A stretch of DNA of 64,000 bases from Phoronis australis (lineage: Eukaryota; Animalia; Phoronida). A program made the translations under genes and the position numbers. Location: contig NMRA01000123.1 in the NCBI GenBank assembly GCA_002633005.1, positions 162,893 through 226,892 on the forward strand. The letters run 5' to 3'. A model generated the notes under the pieces. It was not told the DNA's origin. It worked only from the letters and a program-made list of their open reading frames with translations, and made no database searches. Positions 40,501 through 52,061 of the stretch are shown one piece after another (positions within the stretch are counted from its first letter, which is position 1; each line of letters opens with the position of its first letter).

Positions 40501-43500
40501 TGCATACCAGTCTCTTCAGCTCGGCCACCTTCGACGACTGCTCGGTCGTACGCAGCTCGTCAAACTGCTCCCTCTGCCGTCTCAGCTGAGCCTTTAAGCT
40601 GTCCACCTCGTCAGCATAGTTACGTTCTAACTGCGACTTCCTGTCAAGACGGAGTTGGAGACTGTGACATTCCTGTTTGAGCTCCTGTGGCAATGCAATA
40701 GTACAGCTTAGAACACAGAGGTCCTGTGGCAATGCAATAGTACAGGTCAGAACACAGAGGTCCTGTGGCAATGAAATAGTACATGTTAGAACAAACAACT
40801 CGCCCTAAATATGAGGTTACTATAATCTCAAAATTGACTTCCACTACAAGATTAAACAGAAGAGGTACCAAACGGGAGTTCACTATATTGACTTCATGTT
40901 TGGAAAATACAAAACACAGTCATGTATCCATTGTAATAAGAACACAGCAGGTGACAAACGAATAACTAAAATAAAATATTGGCTCACGTTGTCTGCAATT
41001 TACTATCAATTCCTTCTCGATAAACTTTTTTTCATGATTTTCATCATATCAAAAGTTAAAACATGTCAAAAGTAATCAGAAAAAACATCCCCGTCTATTT
41101 TCTATATTTAATAAAAGGGGGCAGGCTTTTAGGTTAAACCCCTCTGTCTAGAGTTGACTGACACTGGTCTTAGCTCTATAAGTTATTTTCCTCTATCGGT
41201 TGTTTGTTCACTGGCAGATGGCACTTGATTGACATGACCCATGACGTCAGGCCAGTGATTTTGTAATTTGTTTACATTAGGATAATATAGAAAATTCGAG
41301 AAGTTCCAGTTTGTTAATGATCAATCTAGAATCTGAAACATTCCAGAGTCTAATATAGGTTTATAGAATAATTGGGTAGATTGCAGAAAGTTCTAGAATG
41401 TTCTTGAATTGGTGAAAAGTTCCAGAACATTGTAGGGTTCAATAAATACCCTGGGATGGGTTAGACAGTTAGCTGAATGTCAGTTAAATTCAGATGAATT
41501 TGAGTTAAAGCTATAGATACAGTAACACTTAAAGTTACATCTGAGTTGCAGTGAAGAGAATCAGCAGTTACAGCGATAGTCAATAGAGTCAGCTATAGAG
41601 ACAGCAAGTTATTGAATAGACGAGTGTAACAGTTGCTGAACGTGTCTCAGAAGTTCATCACAAGTTAAGGCTTCGCAGCACTGGCCGGAGCGTGGAACAG
41701 ACATTACGTCAAAAGTTGATTAATAAAGTAATTAACTCGAATCAGTCTTCATCGCACAGAAAGCTATTAGCACCGGTCGGCCTGCTTTCACCCATCCATG
41801 GGGAAAACTTGACAACCTTACAGCATATTAATACAGGAGATCCTACTTTTGAGTCCGAAATTCGTCTTCTTGCCTATGTCATCTTTTAAAATAAGAACTA
41901 GTCATTAAGAATAATAAACTCTTAATAAAGTTTCCCCTATCATGACGAGTGATTCTAACTACTTCGATGGTGAATTCTGTTTGCAACCACACTTCGTGAG
42001 GAGGAATTCCACTTGCGCTCAGCCGTCACAACAAAGAATTCTGGTTCATTTTGTTCAATTATTTTTGACGTGTTGAGTAAGTAAATGATTTTAATAAAAT
42101 TTGTCAAATTGGTTTTCAAAACTGCTATAGAAGTTGTGCAGTATATTACCTCAATCTTGCTGGAGTAGTCATTTTGCTGCCTCTCTAACTGTTTATTCAA
42201 ATCTTGGTTGTTCTCCAACAGGTGGTTCCCTATCTCACCGGCCCTGTGCAGTAGCTAAGAGTGCAACAAAGATTAAAAGTGCTATAAACATGCAACAGGT
42301 TGACTTAGATCATCTAGTGCAGTCAAGATGGTCTTGACATGTTCTGTACTTAAGATTTCAAAACTGATCTCTGGGTGTGGCAGATACTGGCTGTTCATTA
42401 TGGCTTGAGACCATACTTCATTTGGCACACAGCATATGACCCTGGCCTCACGTCTTCACCAATCTTGTTGCATAGTGCTGCCTTGTAAGATGTTTGTGCA
42501 CAGAATCTGAATACACGTGGAAAAACTTGTTATGAAAAGAATGCTAAAAATATTTTCAGCTATTTCAGTCAATCTTCACAGGTGATCAAAGTTCTTTGCA
42601 AGAGAAAATCCAATCTCGCATAAAGTGATTAACTCGAACCAGTCGTCAGTCTAACATGATGCTGAAACCTATTAGCACCACAGTCAGTGACCACCATCAC
42701 CTTCTCATCCCCAGGGTAAAATGTGACACAGCCACATAGAGTCGCATGTAAAGTCACATTTAAAAAAAGTTTTGTCTGTTATACAAGACAACTAGTTTAT
42801 ATAGTGATGCATAGTGTGTGACACTTCTCATTCTTTTACTGTAAAATAATGACAACATGATCAGTGGGTAACAGTACTGTGTAACAATAAATATCAATTT
42901 CTTTTTCGGCGACTAGCAAAACGGATTAGAAAAAATTGGCATCACATTTTAAATTTGGCAAAGGTAGAGCCTTAAGATGGATCACCAGCAAGAGCAGTTA
43001 CAATCAAAATTCAAGCAACATTGAAACAATTCTCCATGGCCATTGGTAATGTTTCTGACTCCACTCAATCATTCACAATACCTGTTCTTTTTCTACCAGC
43101 TCTGACTTCAGTTCAGCCAATTCATTTTCATAAGAAGAGCTGGATCGACTAGCCTAGAACACAAAACACCAGGAATTAAAAACTTGACTGGCATGAGAGG
43201 TATGACAAGAGCATTTCTTCCAAAATTTATTGAATACCGTCATTTTGCTATGATGGGCGATTCAGCAGTATTTCCCACTTTACAGAAGGGACAATTCAAT
43301 TAAGTTATCTGTAATTTTGAAATTGACAAACACAGACACTTGACACTCTATGTGAGCAGTTAAGACACAAATGAAACATTTCAAAGAGATTCAAAAGAGA
43401 CACACGGTTATCTCTGCAACTAGTTTTCCAGCACCAAAGCAACAGATTTAAATGGCCAGTGGCCTGTTTGAAAAAATTACAGCAAGTTTGAACAAAAGCC

Positions 43501-45434
43501 TCGCCATCACTCCGTGTTCTCAATTTATACTGTGAGCCTACTAAAAATTGTCTAAAAAGCCCCATTGTTAAAATAAATCAAAATCGAAGAGAGATTAGGA
43601 GCTGTGCCACTGATGTACTGTTAATATTTTTGGTGAATTCTTGTGAAAAGAAAAGTTAAACAATCACTAGTTAGAGTCAACTTAATAGTCTAAGGGTTTC
43701 ACGATATTCGATAATCTAAAGGCGAGTATGTCTCCATGAACATTGCAAACATTACTAGTATGTGTCCGAGCATGTCCGAAGTTAAAGGTAAATTATTAGG
43801 GGCTTCATTTTTGCCTACAGGTGTCATAGATTTTTTCATCGCCATTGTCATGAAAAGCAGATGAGAAAACCACAGGTGCTCAAATCTTACTTTGCCAAAG
43901 TTCACGGCCTCAAGTGAGTTTGCCTCTCGCCTTGGCAGGAGGGGCTGCTATTTTTCGAGCGCCTGTGAATAAACAAAATCAGCAGATGGCGACAATAGTT
44001 AACTGCCACTGAGCGCATTTCCGTTGTTTTTGTTAATGCGAGCTGGTGTACGCCAAATCAAATCCTGATGTTACTTAATTGTCAAGACGGCAAAGTAGGA
44101 AGAGATAAGATATACTGTACTGTACACTTGTTATGCAACTTTTGAACTCTGGAGAATAGATTCGTCATTGGTCTCTAGAGGCATTATAGTATACAAAATG
44201 GTCACTTACTTAGAGACGTGGTTGGTTGTTAGCAGACGTTTTGACCTGCTCCGCCAGGTCTTTGTCGATGAATGAGGGATTTCCCGCCTTTTGCTCGTTA
44301 AGAATGCTGGAGTACATGGGGGGTAAGTGGAGTCCTCTATCCCGGTTCAATAGGGGGCACTGACTGTTGATGTTTATGGCCTCTTAGAGCTTGCGAGTAT
44401 GCCAGCTGACTGTTGATGTTTATGGCCTCTTTGAGCATATGAGTATGCCAGTTTTGTTCCTTGGGAACTGGGACAGAGGACGCCACCTACCCCCCCCCAT
44501 GTACTCCAGCATTCTTAACGAGCGAAAGGCGGGAAATCCATCATTCATCGACAAAGACCTGGCGGACCAGGTCGAAACGTCTGCTAACAACCAACCTCTT
44601 CTCTAAGTAAGTGACCGCTTTATATACTGTGATATTCTCTAAATCATGAAGCACTTGGTTACTTAGAATTCCACTGTAGTTTACTATTGAATTGGCATGT
44701 ATCTTGGTGTCAAACTGCAGTTCTCTTCATAACAAAACTGTGGGGATCGGGCACCTCGATTTTTACCGGGAATTTTTTGATGTCGTAAGCCTTAGTTTTG
44801 CTTTGATTTGAAACTGTTTAGGAAACTTCTGTTATTATCGATCCACAAACATTAACAGTAGCCATGTAACATGTAACTTGTGTACTTTGACGTCAGGATT
44901 AGGTGGTGCCAGTGGTCAATTTGGGCAAGATTACGAGTGGCAGGACCAAAAAAGAGCGTGACGGGCTTCCAAGATTTTTACATGCACAGAAACACTGCTG
45001 CAGTGAGAGCCAACGTCTGTACTGGGCCCAGTTCAGTGGTACTCGTTATCTCGACTCATCTGTCCTCACTCAGGCTCAGACTCAAGTCAGTCAGTGTCCT
45101 CTGACAGTCTGACAACTCTGGCAGTCTCTGGAGGGCACTGGTCGGATAACGCAGTCCCGCACTTTGAGAACGAGGCAATACACTGAATAACGGGCCCGTT
45201 ATTCAATGGACCAATATATCCGACAAGTGCCCTCTGGAGTCACAGAAAATACTATTACAGACCTCTGGCTCTGACCACAGGTCCACAGGCATCCTCAGCT
45301 TCTGATCGTCCCCAATACATAACGTATTTATTGGGAACGATCAGAAGAGGCCTGTGATTCTATTTCTATTTCATTATTGTCGCAATATTAGCAATCACTT
45401 TCACAATTGTCGCTACCTTTCGTTCCTGCTCCAT
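28131..45434 (-). CDS. SPDL1: Protein Spindly (kinetochore dynein adaptor), 12 coding exons, about 583 aa: 45434-45417, 43153-43082, 42254-42150, 40684-40508, 39445-39251, 38444-38295, 37144-37046, 35432-35322, 33876-33736, 33156-33056, 31850-31666, 28528-28131
   Basis: All introns are GT-AG with compatible phases. Coiled-coil throughout. CC1-box-like LHRAGEIGNHLLENNQDL; Spindly motif KRGNSVFAE|LDDKR; RQLAALLQM; EEYRMKYEP; disordered tail ending in the CaaX CSTQ*. Confidence 0.93.
29055..29377. mobile_element. Family A element nested in the RTE, 5-bp TSD
   Basis: cataggcggatttagggg...ctagatccgccactg flanked by ggtgc (29050-29054, 29378-29382); contains the N gap. Confidence 0.8.
29079..29128. 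other. Assembly gap
   Basis: Run of N following a poly-G tract. Confidence 0.98.
30606..30665. repeat. (CAGA/CTGA)n microsatellite
   Basis: gactgactgacaggcagacagactga... Confidence 0.7.
31010..31256 (-). mobile_element. Possible decayed tRNA-derived SINE
   Basis: Minus-strand A-box-like TGGTCTAGTGG (31251-31241) and B-box-like GGTCAATTCCC (31214-31204); no intact cloverleaf; 3' boundary uncertain. Confidence 0.35.
31330..31579. mobile_element. Family B MITE, short diverged copy
   Basis: cagggcttggaatgaccaatgac...ggaaaattccaagcccag; same ends as 36379-36868. Confidence 0.75.
35228..35359. repeat. 41-bp tandem repeat (about 3.2 copies) spanning the Spindly exon 8 3' end and donor
   Basis: agtcatact recurs at 35228, 35269, 35310 and 35351. 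Confidence 0.92.
36379..36868. mobile_element. Family B hAT-like MITE with 6-bp TSD
   Basis: TIR cagggcttggaat/attccaagccctg; aaatat on both flanks; subterminal gcggaaa repeats; close copy from 63808. Confidence 0.85.
37046..37144 (-). CDS. SPDL1: Spindly exon 7, carrying the Spindly motif (not in the ORF track)
   Basis: tttcag|KCREEVMELNVQLDQLKMETQNHNKRGNSVFAE|gtatga, 99 nt, phase 0/0. Confidence 0.92.
40683..40793. repeat. 39-bp tandem repeat (about 3 copies) spanning the Spindly exon 4 acceptor
   Basis: cctgtggcaatg recurs at 40684, 40723 and 40762. Confidence 0.92.
41245..41814 (+). mobile_element. Possible solo LTR
   Basis: Ends ...aaaacttgaca; AATAAA near 41722; its 3' part is similar to 42620-42728, which also ends in tgaca. 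No TSD found. Confidence 0.35.
44187..44630. mobile_element. Foldback MITE with roughly 150-bp inverted arms in Spindly intron 1
   Basis: ggtcacttacttagag...ggagtacatggggg is mirrored by cccccatgtactcc...ctctaagtaagtgacc; the spacer has a direct duplication (ctgactgttgatgtttatggcctctt x2). Confidence 0.85.
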
Positions 45435-45547
45435 TTCTCGAGCTGTTACTGAGAGTGTCTGTGTCAAAACTTTCTTTTTTCAAAACATGGCGGGTCCTGT
45501 TTTGCCATGGACCAATCAAACGAAAGCTACCTCGTTATCATTCCAAG
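45435..45547. promoter_or_regulatory. Compact bidirectional promoter and 5'UTRs between Spindly and PEX26
   Basis: 113 bp between divergent ATGs; YY1-like AACATGGCG (45484-45492) and CCAAT (45512-45516). Confidence 0.65.
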
Positions 45548-48500
45548 ATGTCAGCCTCCATGGAGGTTGCTGTAGGAGATCGGATTTCGTTGCATAACTT
45601 GTCTTGTAACAACTTTGATACGATAGGGAAAGCAAGTGACTGCTTAATATTAAAACAGTTCGAAGAGTGTTTGAATATATGTCATAGAGGAATTTCGGAT
45701 ATGAAACAAAGTCACGACCTTGCACATAGTCATAGGTAAAGTTACAACTACCTTTCTTAATACTTTACTTATCTTTTTCAAACGACCACTACTACTACAG
45801 CGGCGGACCTAGGACACCCCTCTCCGTCCGCTACCGGATCTGGTGACTGGACTCAATATTTCTTCACGCTTCATNCCCCCCAAATCCGCCTATGTGCTGT
45901 ACTAGTAGAATACTACTAGAAGTAGAACTATTTACTCTGACTAGTCTGAGGTTGTACCGAGCATGTCACATACACCATGTTCCAAGCATGTCACATACAG
46001 TATGTACCAAGCATGTCACATACAGCATGTACTGAACATGTCACATACAGCATGTACCAAGCATGTCACATACACTGTACTGAACATGTCACATACAGCA
46101 TGTACCGAGCATGTCACAAACACCATGTTCCAAGCATGTCACATATTGTAGCATGTACCAAGCATGTCACATACACATAGTGTACCTAATTATCGGACGG
46201 ACCCTAAATATCGGCTATTACATAAAATCTTACTTGAAGCATAATCTGAGAAATATATGACGCGAATTTTTTTCCGCTGTAATGCATTCAATGTCCGGCA
46301 TTGTCTCGTTTTTTTCTAGCCTTGCCTCATTTAATTTGATTTTACCGAGAGAGGGTGCAATTTAAACCCTCAAGTCAGTCTAAAATGGACGATCGCTTAA
46401 ATCGGTTATAAAAGTTGAAAACAAAATAAAATCATCTATTTGAACTCATTACGTTGAATTGTCGTGAGGACTTGACAGGGACCTCAGGGGTCTCACACTT
46501 CACTGATTTATCCACATTATTTTGAAAACGCTTTGACTAGTCACGCTTTGTGTGTCGTAAAAGAAATAAGCCTACCTGCAGCTGATGCAGCAATTAGAAC
46601 TACTCTCGTTTATCACATTGGTGTAGACTCAATTGAAATGTGGTTTTCTGTTGACCCGAACTCCGGACGGTCTCTCACGGCGATTTATCGATATGTAACA
46701 ATATGTCACTGCTTCATTTTTTCATTTGTTTTTAAACTCAAGTCAAACCCCAGCCGCGCACGTGCGTGTGTCATATCAAGGAGGCAAAGAGATATTAAAA
46801 ACTTCAATCAGAGTTTGCACGCGCTTTAGTCGTCTGCACTGATTCATCGAAACGACTTGGTGCTGTCATCAGATTTCATGTTATGGATAATTTTGTTGTG
46901 AATGGAGCTGTGTTTTAGAAGCGTATGTCAAAACAGTCGAGCTGAAATTTGGCTACAAGGTGCCCGCGGCCATTACTTGGTTAGTCAGTTTTCCATAGTG
47001 TGGCGTATGGGGAAACATGGTGTCCGATATTTAGGTTCTCCGAAGGTTTGCTAGTTGTGTTTTTTAAAGATCAGTCGGAACATAAAGGTGGCTTTCGGTG
47101 ACGAGATATAGTAAGACAACAATTGTATAAAGGTAACCCTTTATTTCAGCAATGAATTTACAACAATCCGTTGTATTTTCAATTAAATTTAATGCAAAAT
47201 GTGCCAAAATGTCCGATAATTAGGTCACTTGACTGTACAGCATGTACCTAGCATGTCACATACAGTATGAACCGTGCATGTCGCATACAGTATGAACCAT
47301 GCATGTCACATACAGTATGAACTGCGCATGTCATATTCAGTATGAACCATACGTGTCACATACAGTATGAACCGTGCATATCATATACAGTATGAACCGT
47401 GCCTGTCATATATAGTATGAACTGTGCATGTCACATACAGTATGTACCGTGCATGTCACATACAGTATGAACTGTGCATGTCACATACACTATGAACCGT
47501 GCATGTCATATTCAGTATGAACCGTGCGTGTCACATACAGTATGAACCGTGCATGTCACATACACCATGTACCAAGCATGTCACATACACCATGTATCAA
47601 GCATGCCCGACTCTCAATTTCTTATAGATGACGCACTTTCTTGTGGACGCATTTCATACCTGAGAAAACATTTTTTTCAGATTTTATATTCTCGATAAAA
47701 TTCTTGTTAGTACAACTTCGTTGTCAAATTTCATGCTTTGGTGAAAAATATCAGTATGGTATAATTGTCTATCATTTCTATAGCCAGGAAACATCACATA
47801 TGCATTCTATTGTATTATGGAGGTGTGACCTGTTTGAGATGGTCCTCTGTAAAGTGACTGTTGCCTTAGGCTATATGTCACCTTTCAGATTGCCTGACAG
47901 TGTCATACACAGGTCTACAGCACTGCTTACTGGGCTGCATTTTGTAATGTAAACAAAGTTAATGAGGCAGCTTGCTAACTTGATTTCACTGCCAACTATC
48001 TGTACGTAGACTTGATTTCAAAATACAGCTTTGGAACATTGTATAATTTATTGAATCTTATGTAGACCTTGAGATTTCACACCACCCAGGCAGTTCGGCT
48101 GGTGACCTCATCATGAAACATAATGCTCACGCCCAGATGGTGTGGATGTAAAATCTGGGAGTCAACCATCATTGTCCTAGCGCCCATTTCAGTCATTTAA
48201 GGGAAACAAACAGTTTTATTAGTAAACTTTATTTTCTTGCACCATTCTTCAGCTTCTGTAACAAAGAAATGTATGTTGTCTTCTTGAAAACAGTATTTTT
48301 GTGACTCAGTACCAATTTCTTGTGACATCCTTCGGGAGATGAGGGCAATTTTGTGCGCTAGCGAAATTATGTCACAAATTCAAGTTGCTGGTAATCTAAA
48401 TACTAAAACTTATTACAAAGTGAAACCAATTCCTGGTGAACCTTATGCAACCTTATAGAAGATGAACAGTTGATTAAAGAATTGGTGAAAAAAAGAAATT

Positions 48501-51500
48501 GGCCTATAAGTAGCGCTCTTCTTTCATGGTACTGAGGGGCGACACATATTGCTACTCCTCAAATTTACATGTAGCAGCAGAATAATGATATGATGGTAGC
48601 TATTTAACACCCGCAGCTTTACTTAAGACAGAGTGAAAGTTTTCATGACGTGTTGTGTCATTTCTCCATTTTTCGCCCACCTCATGTCAAAGCAGCATAT
48701 TTGTATTTTCAGACTAAGGCTAGCTTTTCTTCCTAGTTCATAAAATTGTTGGAAGTAGCTGCTGATGCAGCATTTTCATGCGGCTCCATCTAGTGGTGGG
48801 CAACATCGTGGTGAATGACAGCGTGTCTTTGACTACAACGTGTCGTTGACCACAGTTCTAAAATTCTGAGATAGACAACATGTTGCCTATACCAAGAATT
48901 GGGTACAAGCTCCTAATTTGTACAAATTAAATTTTCGCTATCACAAACTGAAGAATTTTTACTTTTGGTTTGTATCACATTTCAGGGCTGCAGAAACCAT
49001 AGAAACTCTGTGTCTACTGGCCATTCAGGCATATGCAGAACTTGACCGGTGGCGTGAGGCTCTCCCTTTCATGCTTCAAGTCTACGGAAGCATTGAGCTG
49101 TGTCCTGTCAAGCTTGTCCAATTATGGTATGTGTGGGTCAGTCTTAGGCGCAGCATGGCAAAAATGTGTTTTTGTTCTTCAAATAGTTGGGAATCTGTGA
49201 AGATGAAATAAAGTGTGTTTTTGTGACTGAATTTCATTTTTTTGTTGGAGTATACATTAGATTTGCGATTTATACCAGGTGAATGATCTTTTGTCGTAAT
49301 AATCATAATTCTTGAATTTGGGACAGCCAATATTGCGTATTTCTAAAATTTGGTTCTAGGTCCGACTTTAAGCAAAAGAAATATTTCAATGTCCCAAACT
49401 GGAGTTGTTACCATTTGGTAAAATATAATTTGTAAATATTACTTCTAAGATTGATTACTCCTACTCTTGTCTCTAATTACAGCATACTGCTGCACGCCCA
49501 TGTCCAAGATTTTTCAACGTGCTCTGGAATAATCGCTGTATGTTTACGGACATGTCAAGAGGAAGACCAGGGAGATTACCTGAGACTAGTTGAAATCTAC
49601 GTCTATCATGTGTTGTTGCCACAGAAACGGTTTTCGGATGTTAAAGCTTTTTTGGACTCATGTCGACTTGATGACCACTCTAAGAAGGAGATATTGGAGT
49701 CGTGTCAGAGATTGCAGTTTGAGAAAAGTGACCCTCTGTCTCATCAGGTTTTGACAGATGATGAAAGGGAGATTGAGGCAGTGCTAAATGTGGGTATGTT
49801 GAGGCTGTCCAAAAAGTTGGAAGATCCCCTGGTGCCTTTTGGAATTCACCAGGTGTGCTTAAACCACATGGCTTGGCCCATTACACTGATCAGCTGATTA
49901 TGACTCTTTGGAACCCCTCAGCATGGATTCCTCTTGGTTGAAGTCAGACCATCAGTTTTGCTCATCGAATTAAAAAAACGTCAGCAGTGAAAATCAAATG
50001 ATTTTGCCAAGACCATGTCATGGGTTATGAGTCAATTCCTTGTACGAAGTCTATGATAAACTTAACAAATTTCGGCATTTTTCCTATGGCAGTGATGTAG
50101 ACACCATGTTCCGACGTGCATTGTGGGAAGGCTTCTGAGGAAATGTCCACACCGATCAGTATGACCCTGTCTGTTAGGTTGGACATTTCTTGCAAACACG
50201 TTAAGTATGTATTACTTGTCCAGTCAGCTTGTTTGCTTCGAGTGATTGCCATTAGCTGTGAAGCTAACGAAACAGTATACGCTTTTTATGGTGTCATAAA
50301 ATTACACACCTTAGTGTTCCTAGAAAAAACATGATATAGTTATCGTAAAAAAGTAGACAAAGTCTATTCTAGTCGAAAGTCATCAGGTGCATCTATTGCA
50401 GTATGTGCCATTTGATGTCCTGTCTTCTTCCATTAAAAGTTCAAAATAAAAGGACTCATTGTAATTGCTTTATTAGTCAATGTAATTTCCATAATTTTGA
50501 AACAGTCTTTACACACTGTCTATGAAAACTGTAGCTTTAATTAATTCGCATTATTCAAGAAAGTATTATTTTTAGGGACTGAACCTGTTGATTCCAACAA
50601 CTTGACAAAACCGACACTATCTCCAGTATTCCTGAGAAAGCTGTCAAGGACAGTGCCATTAATACTGGTGACATCTTTCTGCACTCTGATGATGGTGTAC
50701 ATCCTGAAGCGAAAAGGTACTCTGTGCATTTGCAGCAGTTTTGACAGATGGTCATTTCACCACAAGATGCATTGTTATCTGAGTCAGAAAAATTGATTTT
50801 TGTGAATAGCGCTTAGGTAGATTTAGGGTGGCTTGTAGCCACTCCACCCTGAAAAGGACTATCATGAATATTCATTTTGAATAAATCTTGCATTCTTCAC
50901 ATAAAAGAAAGGCTGCACGTGTTTTTCTATTCAAAACCTTCCTCTGTTATTAGTAAATATTCTGTAACTCCTCAACAAACTCTGGCTTTTCTGCCAAACT
51001 TTTATGGCTGTGTTTTACTTTTAGACTTGAGCTCGGTGAGAGTGAGTGCTTATCAAATGAATATTGGTGTCAAACATGCACCAGAAGTCTGTGTGCAGTA
51101 ACATCACTGTTTGCTTTTAACACTTGATTACAGCGTGTTGTTTGTAGAATGTGGAGTGTTATTTGTGGTACACAGGTGACCTCATCACCTTTGAGACTGC
51201 GAAAAAAGGGAAACTTCTCCAATTGATGACTTAATTGCGATATACATGTACCGGCATAGCGATGATAGCCGAGTATAATAAGTAATAAGAATGGTAGCCA
51301 TTGATGATACCTTAAGTCTGTTATTTTGGATTTTTGTAGGACTGGTGTCTGACTTTGATTGATAGGTCTTTGCAACATTTCTTGTTATGAGGGATACTTT
51401 GTGTTGACTCAAGCTGTAGTGATCATATACTTGTCGTGAATACGCACGGCAGCACAAATCCATTGGTGACGACCTACGTAATTTTGCATGAATATGGACA

Positions 51501-51995
51501 GGATAGATTAGACACTTGAACAACGAGTTAAGCAAAACCAAGGTCTTAAAAATGAGGAGTTAACCACAAACCTTCACATGTTATTGAATCGGCATGTAAT
51601 CGGGACCAAAAAAGTGACGACTTATGCAGTTTGATGAGTTACACGATCACAAGTTAAGTGAGGTCAATTGTACTTTAAAAAGAAGTTATGCACAATATAG
51701 AGAATATGTTGTGCAGTGTGCTACACCCACACAAGATGGCAGGCAGTGGTGGCTCCAGTCAGGCTATGGCTATAATCTCCTCTGCCATCTTGCAAGCATC
51801 TGTTGTCTCATTACCACCAGTTCAACACAATATTTGTGAACTGTTGTGCTTGATGCTTCAAAATATTAAGTCAGCTTTGGAGAGCTGCTTTCTCATTTCA
51901 AGTTTGTTTTCACAGGTTACAACATCTCCTCCCTGGTGTCCCCATGGAGCAGGATCACAAGTACTATCCTCTACTTAACCAATCAGCTAAGCTGA
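45548..51995 (+). CDS. PEX26: Peroxisome assembly protein 26-like; exons 45548-45735, 48986-49126, 49483-49793, 50576-50716 and probably 51916-51995
   Basis: Phase-compatible GT-AG exons. ASDCLILKQFEECLNICHRG and LCLLAIQAYAELDRWREALPFMLQVYGSIELCPVKLVQLCILLH resemble recalled PEX26 ([26 protein letters not shown]...LPPKVLELCILLY). Also YLRLVEIYVYHVLLP and a single C-terminal hydrophobic helix followed by KRK (tail anchor). The last exon is less certain. Confidence 0.85.
45798..45894. mobile_element. Family A remnant
   Basis: cagcggcggacctagg...ccccaaatccgcctatg; right end is the reverse complement of the 29055 left end. Confidence 0.5.
45953..46173. repeat. 25-bp minisatellite, left block
   Basis: Unit about gcatgtcacatacagcatgtaccaa. 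Confidence 0.92.
46174..47235. mobile_element. Non-autonomous Tc1/mariner/pogo-like element inserted in the minisatellite
   Basis: TIR core acctaattatcggac/gtccgataattaggt; subterminal cctaaatatcgg/ccgatatttagg; TA on both flanks; no transposase ORF. Confidence 0.75.
47236..47606. repeat. 25-bp minisatellite, right block
   Basis: Unit about gcatgtcacatacagtatgaaccgt. Confidence 0.92.
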
Positions 51996-52061
51996 CACTG
52001 TTCATGAAGGAGGAACCAGTAAAAACTGTTGTAACACATTCCCTGTGGGCTTGTACTAAGG

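Noticed and set aside
45963-46180. Cys/His-rich repetitive ORFs
   Set aside because: Translations of the 25-bp intronic minisatellite.
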